64,000 nt of DNA from Bradymonadia bacterium. GTDB lineage: Bacteria > Myxococcota_A > Bradymonadia > UBA7976 > UBA1532. The position numbers were made by a program, and so were the translations under genes. The notes under the pieces were generated by a model. It saw only the letters and a program-made list of their open reading frames with translations. It was not told where the DNA came from and did not search any database. Shown in pieces: positions 50,531-59,254 of the stretch; the first letter of the stretch is position 1, and each line of letters opens with the position of its first letter. The stretch is from positions 1-64,000 of the forward strand of contig JBKAGE010000073.1 of assembly GCA_046290225.1 (NCBI GenBank). Reading direction: 5' to 3'.

Positions 50531-52678
50531 TCAGGGCAGGGCTTCGATGCATCGATCGAGGGCTGCCTCCCAGTTGGGCATGATGTCTCTGCCCACGCCG
50601 TTGGTCTCCTCGTAGTGATCCCCCGGCGGCTCGCTCAGGTAGCCCACCTCTTCGTAGTTGTAGCTGGGCACCATGTAACCGAGGAAGTCCATGCCCAGGC
50701 CGATGAAGAAGGGGAATTCGCCGGGGAGGCGCTCGTAGACATAAGGGCCCTCTGGTGTGTTGTCCCAATCGGGCGGGTTGGTCTGGTCGGCCTTGACGAT
50801 GCAGGGCTGATCGCCAGGGCTCTCAGGATCGGTGGGCAGGCCCTGATCGTCACAGGTTGGCGCCACACGGCGACCTTCGACGTCGCCGATGACCGGGGTC
50901 TGCACCCGCGACCTGCCGGGGTAGCCGCCTACGAGGGTTTCAGGGAAGACCTCGCCGGGGGCGGTGAAGAAGGTCACTGGCCCCAGGCCCACGACTGCGG
51001 TCTGGGTGAGCAGCTGGGGCAGGGCCGGCGCATACTGAGCGCCCACCCGGGTGACGTTGTAGATGTCGTGGACCAGCACGCCGAGAGTGAAGGCCGCGAG
51101 CTGGAAGACGCGGTTCTCGACCGAGGCGAAGAAGGTCTGGGTGGCGAAGCGCAGATCGGGGGCGTCGAGGGTGGTGAAGGCTCCATCTCCAGCGCCAAGC
51201 ACTCGGGAGGCGAGGGTCTGACCGATGGCATCGGCGGCGGCGAAGGTGTGGCGGAGGCCGCCGTCGGTGTAGTCGTTGCCTGCATAGTCCCTGGCGCCGC
51301 CAGGGCCCGGGTAGATGAGGCCACCCACGGCACCGACGTACATGAGGGTGACACCACCGAAGCCTTCGAGGGCAGGCTTCATCTCACCATCCACCCCCAT
51401 GGTGGCGGGCAGGCCCTCTCGGATGTACTTGCGCACAAAGTGGGGGTAGTCCGAGGTGAGGAAGGGGTTGTCGTCCCAGAGCACCTCGGGGTGGTTGGCG
51501 AAGGACATCAGGGTGCCGATGGGGCTGCCGTCGATGCCTTCGAGGCGCACCACGGGCACATTGTCGTCGAAGATGTAGGGGGTCCGGCTGTCGTTGATGG
51601 CCAGCCCCTCAGTGCCCACGTCGAGGACCGCCACCTTTGCCGTGGCAGGCTTCAGGTTGGCCACGGCTTCGGTGATGCCGGCGATGGTCTGATCGTGGAT
51701 CAGCTGCTCGAACTGCGCGTCCACCCCTCGGGCGAGGGGCAGCGGATCGCCAGGGCCCCATTGACCGGCGGTGTCGGGGGCTTCGTGGTTGTGGGTGGCG
51801 CCCATGACCAGCAGGTCCACCTCCAGCTCTGGGGGCAGATCCTCGAAGATCTTGCGGCTCTGGGGCCTCAGGAAGCCGATGGTGTCCACCACGGCGAAGG
51901 CCACGGTGACATCGCGCTGTCGCATGACCGCGATCTGCACCTTGAGATCGTCGTGGGCGTACTTGCTGACACAACAATCCACCGCGTCACAGCCGATCTT
52001 CTCTTCAGGGCAATATTGCGCAGGCCGGCCGGAGCTGAAGCCCGCGATCCACATGCCCTGCATCACCCCGTCGCCTTCACCCTCGTCCGGGCCCGGATAT
52101 CCAGCGTCGTCGGGGCAGAGGCCGTCGTAACCGCAGTCGTTCCACCGGCCTTCGATGTCGGGGGGATTGAAGTTGAGGGTGTTGTCATCTTCCAGGCCCT
52201 CTGGTCGGGCGGTCTCGAAACCGGAAGGGGTCACGACCTTGCTCACCGCTGCTGCGAGCAAAGTCGGATCACCCTCACCCATACACCCTGGCGCTCCGGG
52301 GCAGACAGTGGGGTTGGCAGGGGGCTCCCAGTAACAGATCTGATGCCCCTCTACATCCTGGCAGGTCTCTTCGGGGCGACAGTCGGCGTCGGTGACACAG
52401 CGACGATCGAAAACAGACTCACAGGCACAGTCCACCACACGCTGCAGGAGTGGATCACACATCACGGCTTCGCCACAGCCGGGTGTGGCGTCAGGTGGTC
52501 CAGCGTCTGCCACGACCTCTGCGTCGTTCATGGTGGAGGCATCGGCGCCTGCGCCCTGGTCAGGGCTCAGCTCTGCATCGGAGGTGGGGGTCGGGGTGTC
52601 GTTGCTGCTCTCGTCATCACAGGCGGTGAGCAGCGTCAAGGCGGTGCCGAGGCACAGGAGGGCGAGGGCGTGGCGCAC
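50531..52678 (-). CDS. Neutral/alkaline ceramidase-like lipoprotein
   Basis: Lipobox LTA-C, ATHNHEAPD, NHPE, PGEVFPE, LGY and YEET. Confidence 0.7.
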   Translation of the reverse strand: MRHALALLCLGTALTLLTACDDESSNDTPTPTSDAELSPDQGAGADASTMNDAEVVADAGPPDATPGCGEAVMCDPLLQRVVDCACESVFDRRCVTDADCRPEETCQDVEGHQICYWEPPANPTVCPGAPGCMGEGDPTLLAAAVSKVVTPSGFETARPEGLEDDNTLNFNPPDIEGRWNDCGYDGLCPDDAGYPGPDEGEGDGVMQGMWIAGFSSGRPAQYCPEEKIGCDAVDCCVSKYAHDDLKVQIAVMRQRDVTVAFAVVDTIGFLRPQSRKIFEDLPPELEVDLLVMGATHNHEAPDTAGQWGPGDPLPLARGVDAQFEQLIHDQTIAGITEAVANLKPATAKVAVLDVGTEGLAINDSRTPYIFDDNVPVVRLEGIDGSPIGTLMSFANHPEVLWDDNPFLTSDYPHFVRKYIREGLPATMGVDGEMKPALEGFGGVTLMYVGAVGGLIYPGPGGARDYAGNDYTDGGLRHTFAAADAIGQTLASRVLGAGDGAFTTLDAPDLRFATQTFFASVENRVFQLAAFTLGVLVHDIYNVTRVGAQYAPALPQLLTQTAVVGLGPVTFFTAPGEVFPETLVGGYPGRSRVQTPVIGDVEGRRVAPTCDDQGLPTDPESPGDQPCIVKADQTNPPDWDNTPEGPYVYERLPGEFPFFIGLGMDFLGYMVPSYNYEEVGYLSEPPGDHYEETNGVGRDIMPNWEAALDRCIEALP

Positions 52679-52764
52679 AGTGACTCCAGGGGCGGTGTCA
52701 GAAGAAGATCTGCTGGTCGAGACAGACCTTCTGCCTACACCGGGTGCCCAGAGCAGAGCAAGTG

Positions 52765-52986
52765 TCAGCTCAGTCGGGCGCGCAGGGCTTTGACTGCGGC
52801 GTCGAACTCGGCTTCAGAGACGACGTCGACCTCTTCGTCAGGGGCCACGACGCGGGTCATGTAGTTCATCTCGCGTTTGAACTCGCCGGTCTGCCAGTCG
52901 TAGGCCAGCACGTCCATGCCACCCTCGGGGGTGCGGATGGCCTTCACCGGCCGGGCGCCGACGATGCAAAAACGGGGGAGCTGCAT
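52765..52986 (-). CDS. 73-aa protein, candidate immunity/antitoxin for the upstream RelA/SpoT-domain protein
   Basis: Strong GAGGAG RBS, starts 36 nt after the toxin stop, same strand. Confidence 0.7.
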   Translation of the reverse strand: MQLPRFCIVGARPVKAIRTPEGGMDVLAYDWQTGEFKREMNYMTRVVAPDEEVDVVSEAEFDAAVKALRARLS

Positions 52987-53022
52987 GGGGAGTATCTCCT
53001 CGAATGAAGTGCGCCAGAGACG

Positions 53023-53613
53023 CTAGGAATCAGATGCGAAGGTGCCGCTCGAAGGCGACAGCCCGTCCGTGGGCCCCGGATCGGTGGAGAGGCCCGAGCC
53101 ACCGTCGCCGAGGGCGCTGTCATAGGCGGCACGAGATTGGGCGTTGAGCTGCTCGATGCGGGCGAGCTCGTCAGGGGTGAGCGCGCGGCGCTCGGCCACC
53201 GCTCGGGCCTGGATGGTTCTGATCTCTTCGTAGATCTTGTGACCAACTCCACCCTTGACCTCGATGATCTGCCGCATGTGCAGCTGAATCTCAACGACGT
53301 GACCATTGCTCATGCGCACGTTGAGCAAAATATCGCGGTAGCCCTGGTCCGTCGGGTTGGAGAACCGATCCTTGAGTTTGGTGATCTCAAACTGGCCCTG
53401 AATCTGCTCCAGCCCTCGATACACATCCTGGATGTTCTCGTAGATGATGCTGGTGCGTGCGAGGTCGGTGAGTCGACTGACATCACCACCATAATCCGCC
53501 GCGAGCTTCTCCTCTGCACGAGGACGACCCTTCAGGTTCGGCGGGATCTTGGCCTCACCGCCAGTGGCGCCGGCGATGTCGTTGGTGACGGTGGCCAGCT
53601 CTTCTTGGGCCAC
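53023..53613 (-). CDS. C-terminal (fifth) RelA/SpoT-like domain, the disconnected 3' part of the giant toxin gene
   Basis: Near-identical to the upstream repeats (LKGRPRAEEK, TDLAR, GYRD, EIQLH). Begins mid-repeat with no RBS of its own. Confidence 0.8.
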   Translation of the reverse strand: MAQEELATVTNDIAGATGGEAKIPPNLKGRPRAEEKLAADYGGDVSRLTDLARTSIIYENIQDVYRGLEQIQGQFEITKLKDRFSNPTDQGYRDILLNVRMSNGHVVEIQLHMRQIIEVKGGVGHKIYEEIRTIQARAVAERRALTPDELARIEQLNAQSRAAYDSALGDGGSGLSTDPGPTDGLSPSSGTFASDS

Positions 53614-56074
53614 CGCTGCCTGTTGTAGCGCTGGTCATCAGCTGCCCTCTGCGGGCCGCCGCTGTGCCTCAACGTCAGACCGTCGCTGGACTGGGCGCTG
53701 GGTACGCCAGAGAGCTTCGTCGTACACCGAGCGAGATTGTGCGTTGAGCTGCTCGATGCGGCCGAGCTCCCCAGGCGAGGCACGGTTCTCGGCCTGGCGG
53801 TGGCCTCGATGGTACGGATCTCTTCGCGAGCTGTGACCTGCACCGCTCTGACCTGGGATGATCTGCTTCATGTGCAGCTGGATCTCGACAACGCCATTTC
53901 ATACGCACATTGAGAAATATCGCGGTAGCCTGATCTGCGGGTTGGCGAAGCGATCCTTGAGCTTGGTGACCTCAAAGCGGCCTGGATTGTTCAAGCCGCG
54001 GTACACGTCATGGTTCGTAGATGATGCTGGTGCGTGCGAGGTCAGTGAGGCGGCTGACGTCACCACCATAATCCGCTGCGAGCTTCTCTTCGGCGCGGGG
54101 CCGACCCTTCAGGTTCGGTGGGATCTTCGCCTCGCCACCCGTTGCACCTGCAATGTCGTTCGTGACAGTGGCCAGCTCTTCTTGAGCCACCGCAGCCTGT
54201 TCGTACAGCTCGTCTAGATCTGTTGCCCTCTGCGGACCCCCAGGTTGAGCCTCTGCGTCTGCACCTTCAGCGGACTTCGTGCCGCTGGTGCCACCAGACA
54301 TCGCATCGTCGTACACCGCGCGAGACTGGGCGTTGAGATCTTCGATGCGGGCGAGCTCTTCAGGGGTGAGCGGGCGGTTCTCGGCCTTGGCCTTGGCCTC
54401 GATGGTCCGAATATCCTCGTAGAGCTTGTGACCTGCGCCACTCTTCACTTCGATGATCTGCTTCATGTGAAGCTGAATCTCGACGACGTGGCCATTGCTC
54501 ATACGCACATTGAGCAGAATGTCGCGGTAACCCTGATCTGTGGGGTTGGCGAAGCGATCCTTGAGCTTTGTGACCTCGAACCGACCTTGGATTTGCTCCA
54601 AGCCGCGATACACGTCATCGAGAGATTCGTAGATGATGCTGGTGCGTGCGAGGTCGGTGAGTCGACTGACGTCACCACCATAATCCGCCGCGAGCTTCTC
54701 CTCAGCCCGAGGCCGACCCTTCAGGTTCGGCGGGATCTTGGCCTCACCGCCAGTGGCGCCGGCGATGTCGTTGGTGACGGTGGCCAGCTCTTCTTGGGCC
54801 ACCGCTGCCTGTTGGTATAGCTCGTCCAGATCAGCTGCCCTCTGCGGGCCGCCAGGCTGTGCCTCAACGTCAGCACCGTCGCTGGACTTGGGGGCGCTGG
54901 TACCGCCAGAGAGCGCTTCGTCGTACACCGAGCGAGATTGTGCGTTGAGCTGCTCGATGCGGCCGAGCTCCTCAGGCGTGAGGGCACGGTTCTCGGCCTT
55001 GGCGGTGGCCTCGATGGTACGGATCTCTTCGTAGAGCTTGTGACCTGCACCGCTCTTGACCTCGATGATCTGCTTCATGTGAAGCTGAATCTCGACGACG
55101 TGACCGTTGCTCATACGCACGTTGAGCAAAATATCGCGGTAACCCTGATCTGTGGGGTTGGCGAAGCGATCTTTGAGCTTCGTGACCTCGAACCGGCCTT
55201 GGATCTGCTCCAGGCCGCGGTACACGTCATCAAGGCTCTCGTAGATGATGCTGGTGCGTGCGAGGTCAGTGAGGCGGCTGACGTCACCACCATAATCCGC
55301 TGCGAGCTTCTCTTCGGCGCGGGGCCGACCCTTCAGGTTCGGTGGGATCTTCGCCTCACCACCTGTAGAGCCAGCGATGTCATTGGTGACGGTGGCCAGC
55401 TCTTCTTGGGCCACCCGCGCTTGTTCGTACAGCTCGTCCAGATCTGCTGCCCTTTGCGGGCCGCCAGGCTGAGCCTCGACATCTGCACCCTCGGTGGATT
55501 TGGGGCCGCTGGTGCCGCCAGACATTGCTTCGTCGTACACCGAGCGAGACTGTGCGTTGAGCTGCTCGATGCGGCCGAGCTCCTCAGGCGTGAGGGCGCG
55601 GTTCTCAGCTTTGGCCCGAGCCTCGATAGTGCGGATCTCCTCATAGAGGGAGTGCCCAGCGCCGCTCTTGACCTCGATGATCTGCTTCATGTGAAGCTGG
55701 ATTTCGACGACGTGGCCGTTGCTCATACGCACGTTGAGCAAAATATCGCGGTAACCCTGATCTGTGGGGTTGGCGAAGCGATCTTTGAGCTTTGTGACCT
55801 CGAACCGACCTTGGATCTGCTCCAAGCCGCGGTACACGTCATCAAGGCTCTCGTAGATGATGCTGGTGCGTGCGAGGTCGGTCAGTCGGCTGACGTCACC
55901 ACCATAGTCCGCTGCGAGCTTCTCCTCTGCTCGAGGCCTGCCCTTCAGGTTTGGCGGGATCTTGGCCTCACCGCCAGTGGCGCCGGCGATGTCGTTGGTG
56001 ACAGTGGCCAACTCCTCTTGAGCCACCCGCGCCTGTTCGTATAGCTCGTCCAGGTCGGCCGCCCTCTGCGGACC
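53111..56074 (-). repeat. Five tandem ~612-bp (204-aa) coding repeats of a RelA/SpoT-like domain
   Basis: Unit starts (GPQR) at 56074, 55462, 54850, 54238 and 53657. Spacing is exactly 612 except the last, which is 581. Confidence 0.93.
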
Positions 56075-58207
56075 AGTGGGGCCAGTCTCCTTCGGGGCCC
56101 CGTCAGGGGTTGTTTTGTTCGCAGACCGAACGCTGCCTGTCTCAATGTCACCTGCTGCGGCGAGAGCATCGGCATTTTGAGCGCCTGGTGCTGCAATGTC
56201 ACCACCAGCAGTGGAGAGTCCGTCATCGACTCCACTGGTTGCAGGCGTCACATCGCCCCCGGCGGTGTTGGCAGGCAGGTCATCGAGGTTGAGCGTGGTG
56301 CCGGGGCTGTTGAGCGCACCTGTGCTGTTGCGGGCGGCGCCGACGCGAGCGAGATCGTCACCGGAGCCCTTGAGGCTGATGGAGATCAGGGCCCCAGTGA
56401 GCGCTGCGGACTGCAGCAGACGCAGCAGCTCGTCGGTGCGCTGTTGCGGATCAGGGTTCTTCATGATCCGCTCGTAATCGGCCAGGTACTTGTCGGCCAG
56501 GATGATGCCCTGACCGGCGTCGGCGCTGAACTGACCGATGAGTACGCCCCTGGCGATGTTGGTGCCGTTGCGGCCATTCATGATGACCGTGGCGCCCTTG
56601 ACCCAGACACCGGCGAAGACGCTGCTCACGATGGTGAGGGCGTCGAGGGCGTCGTCCTGAGGTGAGCTGAAGCCCTCGGCGTGTCGCTGGCTGATGCGGA
56701 TCGCTGCGCCGGCGGAAGCCGCCACCGCGGAGGCGAGCACGAGGCCGGCGACGACGCGGCTGCCGGGGATGGGCAGCACCGCCAGCGCCAGTGCCCCGAG
56801 GCCTGTTGCGAGGCCTACAGTGTCGAAGAACTCGGAGATCGAGTCCCAGAAGCTCTGGCCATCGGTCTGGAACTCCTGGGCGATGGGGGTGCCCGCAGCC
56901 TCCGCTGGGATCTCCAACTGGATCATCCCCGGGGGGTAGCGGTTGCCGCTGCGCCAGCTGCTGATGGCGTCGTCGATGGCCGATGCGGCGTCACTGCCGG
57001 TGCCGGTGTATTCACCTGTGCAGCGGCGATCGGCTGGGGCGGTGACGTCGACGAGCTTCCAGGTCTGGCGGCTGCCCGACTGCACACAGGCGACGAAGGC
57101 CTGCAAGGTGGTGACGCGCGCCTGCTCGCGATCGACGTGCACCGCCTTGAAGGGGATGCGCTCTCGGCCATTGGTGCTGGCCATGCGCTCTTCGAACTTC
57201 TCGATCTGGTTGTCGTAGGCTTGCTGCTGCTCTGGGGTCAGGGCGCGGCTGCCCTCTTGCTCCGAGGCCGACTTGATCGCGTCTACATAGCGACGCTGCC
57301 CCTCGAGGCGAGCGGTGGGATCAGTGGTGGCGGCGTTCTCGAGGGCACCCGAGGCCATCTCGCCCTCAGCGATCACGGTGAGGGGGTACTCGAAGTACTC
57401 CGGCTCCCGCCGCTGGCGCTCGCTTGACGAATAGAACACCGAGCGGCACACGATCTTGTGGTTGCCGGGGATCTCTGGGGTGTACTCGACCTTGTAGTCG
57501 TCTCCCAGGATCTCCATGGCGTCGGTGTCGTGCTTTGAAGACATCGACGCGTCGCGCACGACCGACCACTCATACGAGTAGTAGGAGCCCTGGGCGTACA
57601 TCTCGGCGTTGCGCTCGATGCGGTACGACAACGCCGTGCCCGGCACCGCCACCTTGACGTCGGGCTCGGCCCGGATGTGGGCGTGACGATCGGCGATGGT
57701 CTCCGAAGTGTCCTGCTGGTAAGAGCCCCCTGCACCTGAGGAGACGCCCGCCCGGGTCAGGAGGGCCTGAGCGGTGCGCAGCTCGGAGCCGCTCATGTCG
57801 CCGATGATGTCGTCGACGAGGCGGGTGCCATACTTGCGCTCGTACCCGTCGGCGATGGCCTGCACGATCTCCGGGGGCTGGTTCAGGATGCGGTAGATGC
57901 CCTGCTCGTCGGTCCCCCAACCTTCGATGGCCCCCCGGATCTTCTCGATGTCCTGAGTGACCTGGGCCTCCATGTTCGCCGTACCAGCGTCTTCCTGGAA
58001 CTGGATGGACCGCATCTCGTTCGACTGGCTATTGGTGCTGTCCGGAGGCGGCGGCGCTGAGAAGCCACCCTGGAAGCCGCCCATGAGCTCCGCCGACTGG
58101 CCGGACTGGCTCTGCATTTGGAGGGCTGGCGCAGGGGCAGGCGCGGGTGCAGGCGCCTGTGCGGGGGCCGGTGCGGGGGCTGGGGCTGCAGGGGTCTTGT
58201 CGGACAC
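54008..58207 (-). CDS. Giant polymorphic-toxin-like protein: annexin repeat, hydrophobic DUF4781-like region, tandem RelA/SpoT-like synthetase domains (interrupted in copy 4, continues to 53023)
   Basis: AGGAG RBS 5 nt before GTG 58207. Annexin motif IRGAIEGWGTDE...YERKYG.RL..DI..DMSG. Two hydrophobic helices at ~56700-56820. Repeated synthetase motifs. Confidence 0.85.
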   Translation of the reverse strand: MSDKTPAAPAPAPAPAQAPAPAPAPAPALQMQSQSGQSAELMGGFQGGFSAPPPPDSTNSQSNEMRSIQFQEDAGTANMEAQVTQDIEKIRGAIEGWGTDEQGIYRILNQPPEIVQAIADGYERKYGTRLVDDIIGDMSGSELRTAQALLTRAGVSSGAGGSYQQDTSETIADRHAHIRAEPDVKVAVPGTALSYRIERNAEMYAQGSYYSYEWSVVRDASMSSKHDTDAMEILGDDYKVEYTPEIPGNHKIVCRSVFYSSSERQRREPEYFEYPLTVIAEGEMASGALENAATTDPTARLEGQRRYVDAIKSASEQEGSRALTPEQQQAYDNQIEKFEERMASTNGRERIPFKAVHVDREQARVTTLQAFVACVQSGSRQTWKLVDVTAPADRRCTGEYTGTGSDAASAIDDAISSWRSGNRYPPGMIQLEIPAEAAGTPIAQEFQTDGQSFWDSISEFFDTVGLATGLGALALAVLPIPGSRVVAGLVLASAVAASAGAAIRISQRHAEGFSSPQDDALDALTIVSSVFAGVWVKGATVIMNGRNGTNIARGVLIGQFSADAGQGIILADKYLADYERIMKNPDPQQRTDELLRLLQSAALTGALISISLKGSGDDLARVGAARNSTGALNSPGTTLNLDDLPANTAGGDVTPATSGVDDGLSTAGGDIAAPGAQNADALAAAGDIETGSVRSANKTTPDGAPKETGPTGPQRAADLDELYEQARVAQEELATVTNDIAGATGGEAKIPPNLKGRPRAEEKLAADYGGDVSRLTDLARTSIIYESLDDVYRGLEQIQGRFEVTKLKDRFANPTDQGYRDILLNVRMSNGHVVEIQLHMKQIIEVKSGAGHSLYEEIRTIEARAKAENRALTPEELGRIEQLNAQSRSVYDEAMSGGTSGPKSTEGADVEAQPGGPQRAADLDELYEQARVAQEELATVTNDIAGSTGGEAKIPPNLKGRPRAEEKLAADYGGDVSRLTDLARTSIIYESLDDVYRGLEQIQGRFEVTKLKDRFANPTDQGYRDILLNVRMSNGHVVEIQLHMKQIIEVKSGAGHKLYEEIRTIEATAKAENRALTPEELGRIEQLNAQSRSVYDEALSGGTSAPKSSDGADVEAQPGGPQRAADLDELYQQAAVAQEELATVTNDIAGATGGEAKIPPNLKGRPRAEEKLAADYGGDVSRLTDLARTSIIYESLDDVYRGLEQIQGRFEVTKLKDRFANPTDQGYRDILLNVRMSNGHVVEIQLHMKQIIEVKSGAGHKLYEDIRTIEAKAKAENRPLTPEELARIEDLNAQSRAVYDDAMSGGTSGTKSAEGADAEAQPGGPQRATDLDELYEQAAVAQEELATVTNDIAGATGGEAKIPPNLKGRPRAEEKLAADYGGDVSRLTDLARTSIIYEP

Positions 58208-58326
58208 GACGGCTCCTGAGGTACCAGTGGGGGCGACAGGTGGGGGCGACAGCGTGTAGGTATACTGAAACTTCACCTCAGCTGTCACCTCCAGGGGGCA
58301 ATGTTTTGAACCGAAACGCTACATCG

Positions 58327-59199
58327 ATGTCACACCGCTTTTCGGCCATGAGCCCACGAGGCCTCACCCTGGCCCTCGTCGCAGCCTTTGCGATGTCGTG
58401 TGGTGGTGGCCCGGCGCCGAAGAAGACCACCGAGCGAAAGAGCGGCGGTGGCCTGGCGGATGCCCTGGCAGAGAAGGCCGCCGAGGCCGCTGGCCCCAAG
58501 GCGGTGATCACCCTGGCGCTCTTCAGCACAGAGGCTGCCCCTGACGACGCCGACAAGGCGGCGAGGGCCATGACGCTGAAGGCTGCTCAGTGGCTCAAGG
58601 CGCCATCAGGTCGATGGCAGGGGGTGGCGCCTGAAGGCATCCCACCCGAGATCATGGTGATCCCCATGGACAAGAGCGCGCTGCCTTTCAATGTGGAGGC
58701 GCTCATGGCCGAAGCAGGCCCCCACGCGAAATCTCTCGCAGAGGCGCGCTCAGTCATTTTCGTTCGTTACACTGGCAAAGCCCTCGATGGTGATGCCCAG
58801 GTGAAGGGCGTTTCTGCCGTGGCCGGCATGCTCGCCGACGCCCACACTGCGCCCGTGACCGACTTGAGCACCTTGAAGACCTTCGGCGCTGATGCGTGGC
58901 ACACCGTGTTGACCAGTGGAGACTGGCGGAAGGTGCAGGTGCACGTCTCTGCAGAGCTCGGCCCCGATGGCCTCGGGATGTTCCGCACTCGGGGTATGGC
59001 AAAATTCGCTCTGCCCGATTTGGAGCGAGGTGGGATCCCCGAAGAAAAGGCCCGGGTGGCCTTCACGCAATTCCAGGCCATCTACCAGGCCCTCGTGGCC
59101 CATGGACCCGCGGCACCGGGCGATACCGTCGGTGGGGTGAAATTGAAAGCATGCGCAGGGCCTGCGGAACTCTACGACCAGGGCTGCGTCTCTTACTGA
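58327..59199 (+). CDS. Hypothetical lipoprotein
   Basis: Lipobox AMS-C and a TRGMAKFALPDLE motif. Confidence 0.65.
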   Translation: MSHRFSAMSPRGLTLALVAAFAMSCGGGPAPKKTTERKSGGGLADALAEKAAEAAGPKAVITLALFSTEAAPDDADKAARAMTLKAAQWLKAPSGRWQGVAPEGIPPEIMVIPMDKSALPFNVEALMAEAGPHAKSLAEARSVIFVRYTGKALDGDAQVKGVSAVAGMLADAHTAPVTDLSTLKTFGADAWHTVLTSGDWRKVQVHVSAELGPDGLGMFRTRGMAKFALPDLERGGIPEEKARVAFTQFQAIYQALVAHGPAAPGDTVGGVKLKACAGPAELYDQGCVSY

Positions 59200-59254
59200 C
59201 GGAGAGGCCCTTTGTCGTGTGAGGGCCTCGAAGACTCAGCTCGAGGAACACCAC

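Noticed and set aside
50615..52864. 749-aa plus-strand ORF
   Set aside because: Shadow of the ceramidase-like gene.
53111..56074. Repeats as a housekeeping RelA/SpoT or as a pure assembly duplication
   Set aside because: No HD, TGS or ACT domains are present. The copies differ at many synonymous sites, so they are not simple duplicated reads.
58208..58288. Longer N-terminus for the toxin as given in the ORF track
   Set aside because: GTG at 58207 has a well-spaced AGGAG RBS and is the more plausible start.
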